Shown here one piece after another: positions 60,101 through 64,000 of a stretch of 64,000 nucleotides of DNA. The position numbers and the translations under genes are program-made. Numbering within the stretch: the stretch's first letter is position 1; every line of letters begins with the position of its first letter. The notes under the pieces are model-generated. The model saw nothing but the letters and a program-made list of their open reading frames with translations. It made no database searches and was not told the DNA's origin. The DNA is from Minutocellus sp. GHC0000111. Its lineage: Eukaryota. Location: the NCBI GenBank assembly GCA_977018835.1, contig OZ361257.1, positions 3,348,001 to 3,412,000 of the forward strand, read 5' to 3'.

Positions 60101-60218
60101 CCTCAGCGCTTTATCGCGCAACTCGGCGAGTAGTTTGATGCTCACAAATCCAACACTCGAATCAAACAAAAGCGAAACAAGTCAATTACCAACGATATCA
60201 TCAGCATCACATACAACC

Positions 60219-60878
60219 ATGGGTCTCAATATCAACGAACTCGTCATCGGCATCTTCTCGTCCCGAGCGATCACAAACAAACAAAGCAGTAATCATAATC
60301 ACGTCGAATCTACCCCGACCAAGAACGTCGGTCCTCCCAAGACCATCGCAGTTACCAAGTATCTCGGCCAATCGACAGTATCGGCCGTCACGACCAACAC
60401 CGCCAAGACGGCCAACACCACATCCACCGCCGGCTCGGCGTCGTCGACATCGTCCACCTCAACCTTCTCTACATTGACCAGTAAGGTCAGCGCCTACCGC
60501 GAGAAGAAGGCCAAGAAGAAGGAGGCAGTCAAATGCCAGCTGTGCTGCGGCGGGGAGGCCAAGACATGCGACGCGGTCCATATCATCGAACATCTCATCA
60601 AGGACAATCAGGTCGTTATCCTTAGTAAGTCGTACTGCCCGTACTGCCGGCAGGTAAAGGACCTACTGACGAACGAGGGAATCGACTTTGTAGCTTTTGA
60701 GTTGGATCTTCACGAGAGTGGCCAGATATTGCAGCGAGTCTTGTTTCAGAGTACAGGCCAGCGCACCGTTCCTAGTGTTTTTGTGAATGGAAAGCATATC
60801 GGTGGTGCTTCTGATACTCTTGCCAAGTGGGAATCGGGTGAGCTGCCCGCCATGCTCAAGACCAAGTCCAAGAGATGA
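60219..60878 (+). CDS. Dithiol glutaredoxin (CPYC) with N-terminal extension
   Basis: SKSYCPYC, GQRTVPSVFVNGKHIGG. ATG in acaaccATG context. Confidence 0.9.
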   Translation: MGLNINELVIGIFSSRAITNKQSSNHNHVESTPTKNVGPPKTIAVTKYLGQSTVSAVTTNTAKTANTTSTAGSASSTSSTSTFSTLTSKVSAYREKKAKKKEAVKCQLCCGGEAKTCDAVHIIEHLIKDNQVVILSKSYCPYCRQVKDLLTNEGIDFVAFELDLHESGQILQRVLFQSTGQRTVPSVFVNGKHIGGASDTLAKWESGELPAMLKTKSKR

Positions 60879-61100
60879 AAGTTCATCATAAAGCAAGTTG
60901 TAGACTAGAGAGTGGCAGGAACATGCATATAATATCAAATAGAAACAGTCAATTAGAGTAGAGCACTCATAATGTTATATACATAGAACTTCCTCTTTAG
61001 CTAGTTGGTTTTTATAAAACGTTAAGATTTCGTGCTAAGCATACTTATGTATGTGCTCTTCTTCGCATAACACACCCCGGCAGGTAGCGAGTGATTGGAT

Positions 61101-64000
61101 CTAATTTCCATCGCAGAATTCCCGAGCATTCTGGAACATCTTGAGCCAGGGACCGACGGTGAAGTCCTTCCACTCGTCGGGAGTCCAGGGCCACTGCCAG
61201 CTGGTGAAGACACGCTCCGGATGGGGCATCATGGCGAGGTGACGGCCATCCTCGGAACAAAGGGCGGCAATACCATCGGGACTGCCGTTGGAGTTGAAGG
61301 GATACTCTTGAGTGATCTCGTTGGAATCATTGACGTAACGGAGAGGAGCGAGGTTGTTCGACATGACGTCGGCGTGGACCTCTTGCTTAGGGAAGTGGAA
61401 GCGACCCTCACCGTGAGCGACCCAGACGCCGAGCGACGAGCCGGCCATGCCCTTGAACATGATGGCGGGACCCTCCTGGATCTGAACACTGCTGAATCGG
61501 CTCTCGAACTTGCCACTGTCGTTCTCCAAAAGTCGCGGTTGCTCCTCGGCGGGCATGCCCTTGCTGTTGGGGATCCATCCAAGGAGAGCCATGAGCTGAC
61601 AACCATTGCAGACGCCCAAACTGAAGGTATCGGTGCGATTCCGGAAGGCCTCGAACTGCTTGAGGACACCCTCGTTGAACTTGATGACACCGGCCCAACC
61701 CTTGCCACTGTCCAATACATCGGCGTAGGAGAAACCGCCCACAAAGACGATACCGCGGAACTCGTCAAGAGTAACGTTGCCGGAGAGCAAGTCATTGACA
61801 CTGATATCCCAGGCCTCGAAACCAGCCGAGATAAACGCTGAGACCATCTCGCGGTCGCCGTTGCTGCCCTCCTGTCGGATGATGGCAACCTTGTGCTTCT
61901 TCTCACTCTTTATGATGGCGTCATCAGTCGGGGCAGGGGTATACGTGAGATTCCATTCCGGCGCTTTTCGGGACTTGAGGCCCTTCTCCTCCTGGGCGAC
62001 GCAAAGAGGATTTCTTTGGCGGTGCTCAAGACGGAAGCTGGTGGCCTCCCAAACGTCGCGGAGAACAGTCATCTTCTCATCGACACAGGGGGCATCGGAT
62101 CCGACGGCAATCTTGATGGAATCACCGGCAGAGGCAGTACCAATGTCGACGCAGGGCACGCCAGCGCTGCGGTAGGTGCTGGCGATAGTCTCGGCCTCAC
62201 TGGCCGCAACCTCGATAACGAAACCAGTCTCTTCTGAGAAGAGAGTGCCAATCTCTCCGGCACCATCCTCGGCCTCGGGAACAGTCACATCAATCGAGCA
62301 GTTTCCAGCGAATGCCATCTCAACCAGAGTAACGATGAGACCACCGTCCGATCGATCGTGGCCGGCCAAGATCTTCTTCTGGTCGATGAGGTCCTGGGTG
62401 ACAAGGAAGGCACGCTTGAGAACGGAGAAAGTCTCCATATCGGGACTGTCGTTGCCAATCTGGTTGTAGACCTGAGCAAGGGACGAGCCACCGAGACGGG
62501 CCTTTCCACCGCCGAGGTCGATGAGGAGGAGCTTGGTCGAGCCACCGGTGACCTTGAGGTCGGGAGTCACAGTCTTGGTAACGTCCGGACAGGTTACGTA
62601 GCACGTCATTGTGAGCTCACCGGGAGCCTTGACGGTCTCCTCGCCGCACTTGGCAGCCATGGAAAGGGAATCCTTACCGCCATCAATGCCAGCGCCGAGG
62701 GCGAGGAGGGAATCGCGAAGGGCCTGGCAGGCATCGTACATCTTGGCACCCTCCCCAGCCAGCTTGGCGGCATACATCCAGTTACCACTGGCCTTGATGT
62801 CCTCGATCTTGGAGATCTTGGCCCACATGAGATTGGTCATGGCCTCGGCGACAGTCATACGGGCCATGGCGGCGGAATCAACCAGACCCTTGATGGGCTG
62901 CTCACCACAGGCCACAGCGGTACCGGTGGTGCCAAAGTGAGTGTGTGCGGTAACTCCAACGTTGGCCAAGGGCAGCTGAAGCGGACCGACGCACTGCTGC
63001 TGGGCAATCAAACCGGTAACGGAACGATCGACCTTGTGGACAAGGAACCGCTTGGATCCAACCGACAAGAGACGGAGGACACGGTCAAGAGCACTGGAAA
63101 CGGTGGTTCCCTCAGGGAGCTCAAGAGGCTTGAGCTCCATAGTGCTGTGGTTGTCCACGAAGGTCTTCTGCGGCATCTTTCCAAGAACAAGCTCAAGAGG
63201 AAGGTCGACGGGAGTGGATCCATCCTTGGAATCATTCACAACGACCTTGCCATCGCCAGTGACCTCTCCCAAAATGCGAATAGGGCAATTCTCACGGTCG
63301 GCCAAACTCTGGAAGAGCTCCTCGTCGGACTTCTTGATGAGCAGACCATTGTTCTCCTGATACTCGGCACCCCAAATCTCAAGAACGGACAAAGTATTGT
63401 CACCAACATAGACCTTGCGGATATCGTACGTAGCGCCAGCAGGCTCGACAATCTCCTTCAGAACGTTGCCGTTGCCACCAGCACCCTGGTCATGAACACT
63501 CACAATGGGGTTGCGACCACCAAGGTCGCAGCAGGCCCTCATGAGACGGTTGACACGGTTCCACATCTCGGCATCTCCACGCTGGACGGCATCGAAATCC
63601 AAGGCGGCATTCTCGGCCGACTCACCGGCGGCCTTACTGGAGGCGGCACCACCGCCAAGACCGATGCGGTAGGCAGGTCCACCGATCTTGACAACGAGCA
63701 TGCCCTTCTCGGGCTCGCCCTTGGTGCAGTGACGGCCGTCGAGCTGACCAACACCGGCGGTGAACATGATGGGCTTGACCCACTCGAAACGCTCACCGTT
63801 GGGCAGACGCTGGCCGAAACTACGGGTGAAGCCATGAATGACGGGCTCACCGAACTTGTTACCGTAATCGGAGGCACCATCGGAAGCCTCGACCTCAATC
63901 TGGAGGGGAGTGGCGAGATTGTCGGGGTAGATAAAGGACTTGTCCTCCCAAGGCAGGTCGTAGCCAGGGATCTGAAGGTTACCAACGCAGTACGACGACA
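61101..64000 (-). CDS. purL: Phosphoribosylformylglycinamidine synthase, 5' part outside window
   Basis: VHDQGAGG, IDGGKDSLSM, HDRSDGG, GGFSYADVL, LGVCNGCQ, MPHPER. Confidence 0.97.
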   Translation of the reverse strand, partial: SSYCVGNLQIPGYDLPWEDKSFIYPDNLATPLQIEVEASDGASDYGNKFGEPVIHGFTRSFGQRLPNGERFEWVKPIMFTAGVGQLDGRHCTKGEPEKGMLVVKIGGPAYRIGLGGGAASSKAAGESAENAALDFDAVQRGDAEMWNRVNRLMRACCDLGGRNPIVSVHDQGAGGNGNVLKEIVEPAGATYDIRKVYVGDNTLSVLEIWGAEYQENNGLLIKKSDEELFQSLADRENCPIRILGEVTGDGKVVVNDSKDGSTPVDLPLELVLGKMPQKTFVDNHSTMELKPLELPEGTTVSSALDRVLRLLSVGSKRFLVHKVDRSVTGLIAQQQCVGPLQLPLANVGVTAHTHFGTTGTAVACGEQPIKGLVDSAAMARMTVAEAMTNLMWAKISKIEDIKASGNWMYAAKLAGEGAKMYDACQALRDSLLALGAGIDGGKDSLSMAAKCGEETVKAPGELTMTCYVTCPDVTKTVTPDLKVTGGSTKLLLIDLGGGKARLGGSSLAQVYNQIGNDSPDMETFSVLKRAFLVTQDLIDQKKILAGHDRSDGGLIVTLVEMAFAGNCSIDVTVPEAEDGAGEIGTLFSEETGFVIEVAASEAETIASTYRSAGVPCVDIGTASAGDSIKIAVGSDAPCVDEKMTVLRDVWEATSFRLEHRQRNPLCVAQEEKGLKSRKAPEWNLTYTPAPTDDAIIKSEKKHKVAIIRQEGSNGDREMVSAFISAGFEAWDISVNDLLSGNVTLDEFRGIVFVGGFSYADVLDSGKGWAGVIKFNEGVLKQFEAFRNRTDTFSLGVCNGCQLMALLGWIPNSKGMPAEEQPRLLENDSGKFESRFSSVQIQEGPAIMFKGMAGSSLGVWVAHGEGRFHFPKQEVHADVMSNNLAPLRYVNDSNEITQEYPFNSNGSPDGIAALCSEDGRHLAMMPHPERVFTSWQWPWTPDEWKDFTVGPWLKMFQNAREFCDGN

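Noticed and set aside
60024..60218. Glutaredoxin starting at TTG 60024
   Set aside because: Non-ATG start. The segment is a foreign repeat fragment plus UTR-like CA-rich sequence, and ATG 60219 is the better start.

Overview
Eukaryotic nuclear DNA, very probably from a diatom. This is inferred from short GT-AG introns, a plastid-type GapC1 with a bipartite ASAFAP-like presequence, RXL-containing secreted proteins and gene families typical of diatoms. The window holds about 27 genes or gene fragments. Intact conserved genes are panB, UMP-CMP kinase, GapC1, ATE1, a histidine phosphatase, RsmE, Ni-SOD, ATP11, an SbcD-SbcC (Mre11-Rad50) fusion, glutaredoxin and partial PFAS/PurL. Mobile DNA includes a 1546-bp TA-flanked element that cleanly splits a class C GPCR, two MITEs, a mariner-like transposase next to a kinase, and a palindrome cluster. 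Many non-core genes carry single frameshifts or in-frame stops. The most notable items are: (1) a Ni-SOD whose Ni-hook His follows a mitochondrial-type presequence; (2) a secreted protein built from an 8-Cys repeat with all introns in phase 0, plus a stray piece of the same family 58 kb away joined to an inverted fasciclin fragment; (3) a single-chain, probably organelle-targeted SbcCD; (4) a soluble ankyrin-FYVE-R-SNARE protein; (5) a DD38D transposase with an HMG-box-like N-terminus; (6) a telomere-like tract at a deletion breakpoint. All domain calls come from motif recognition by eye, and no searches were run.
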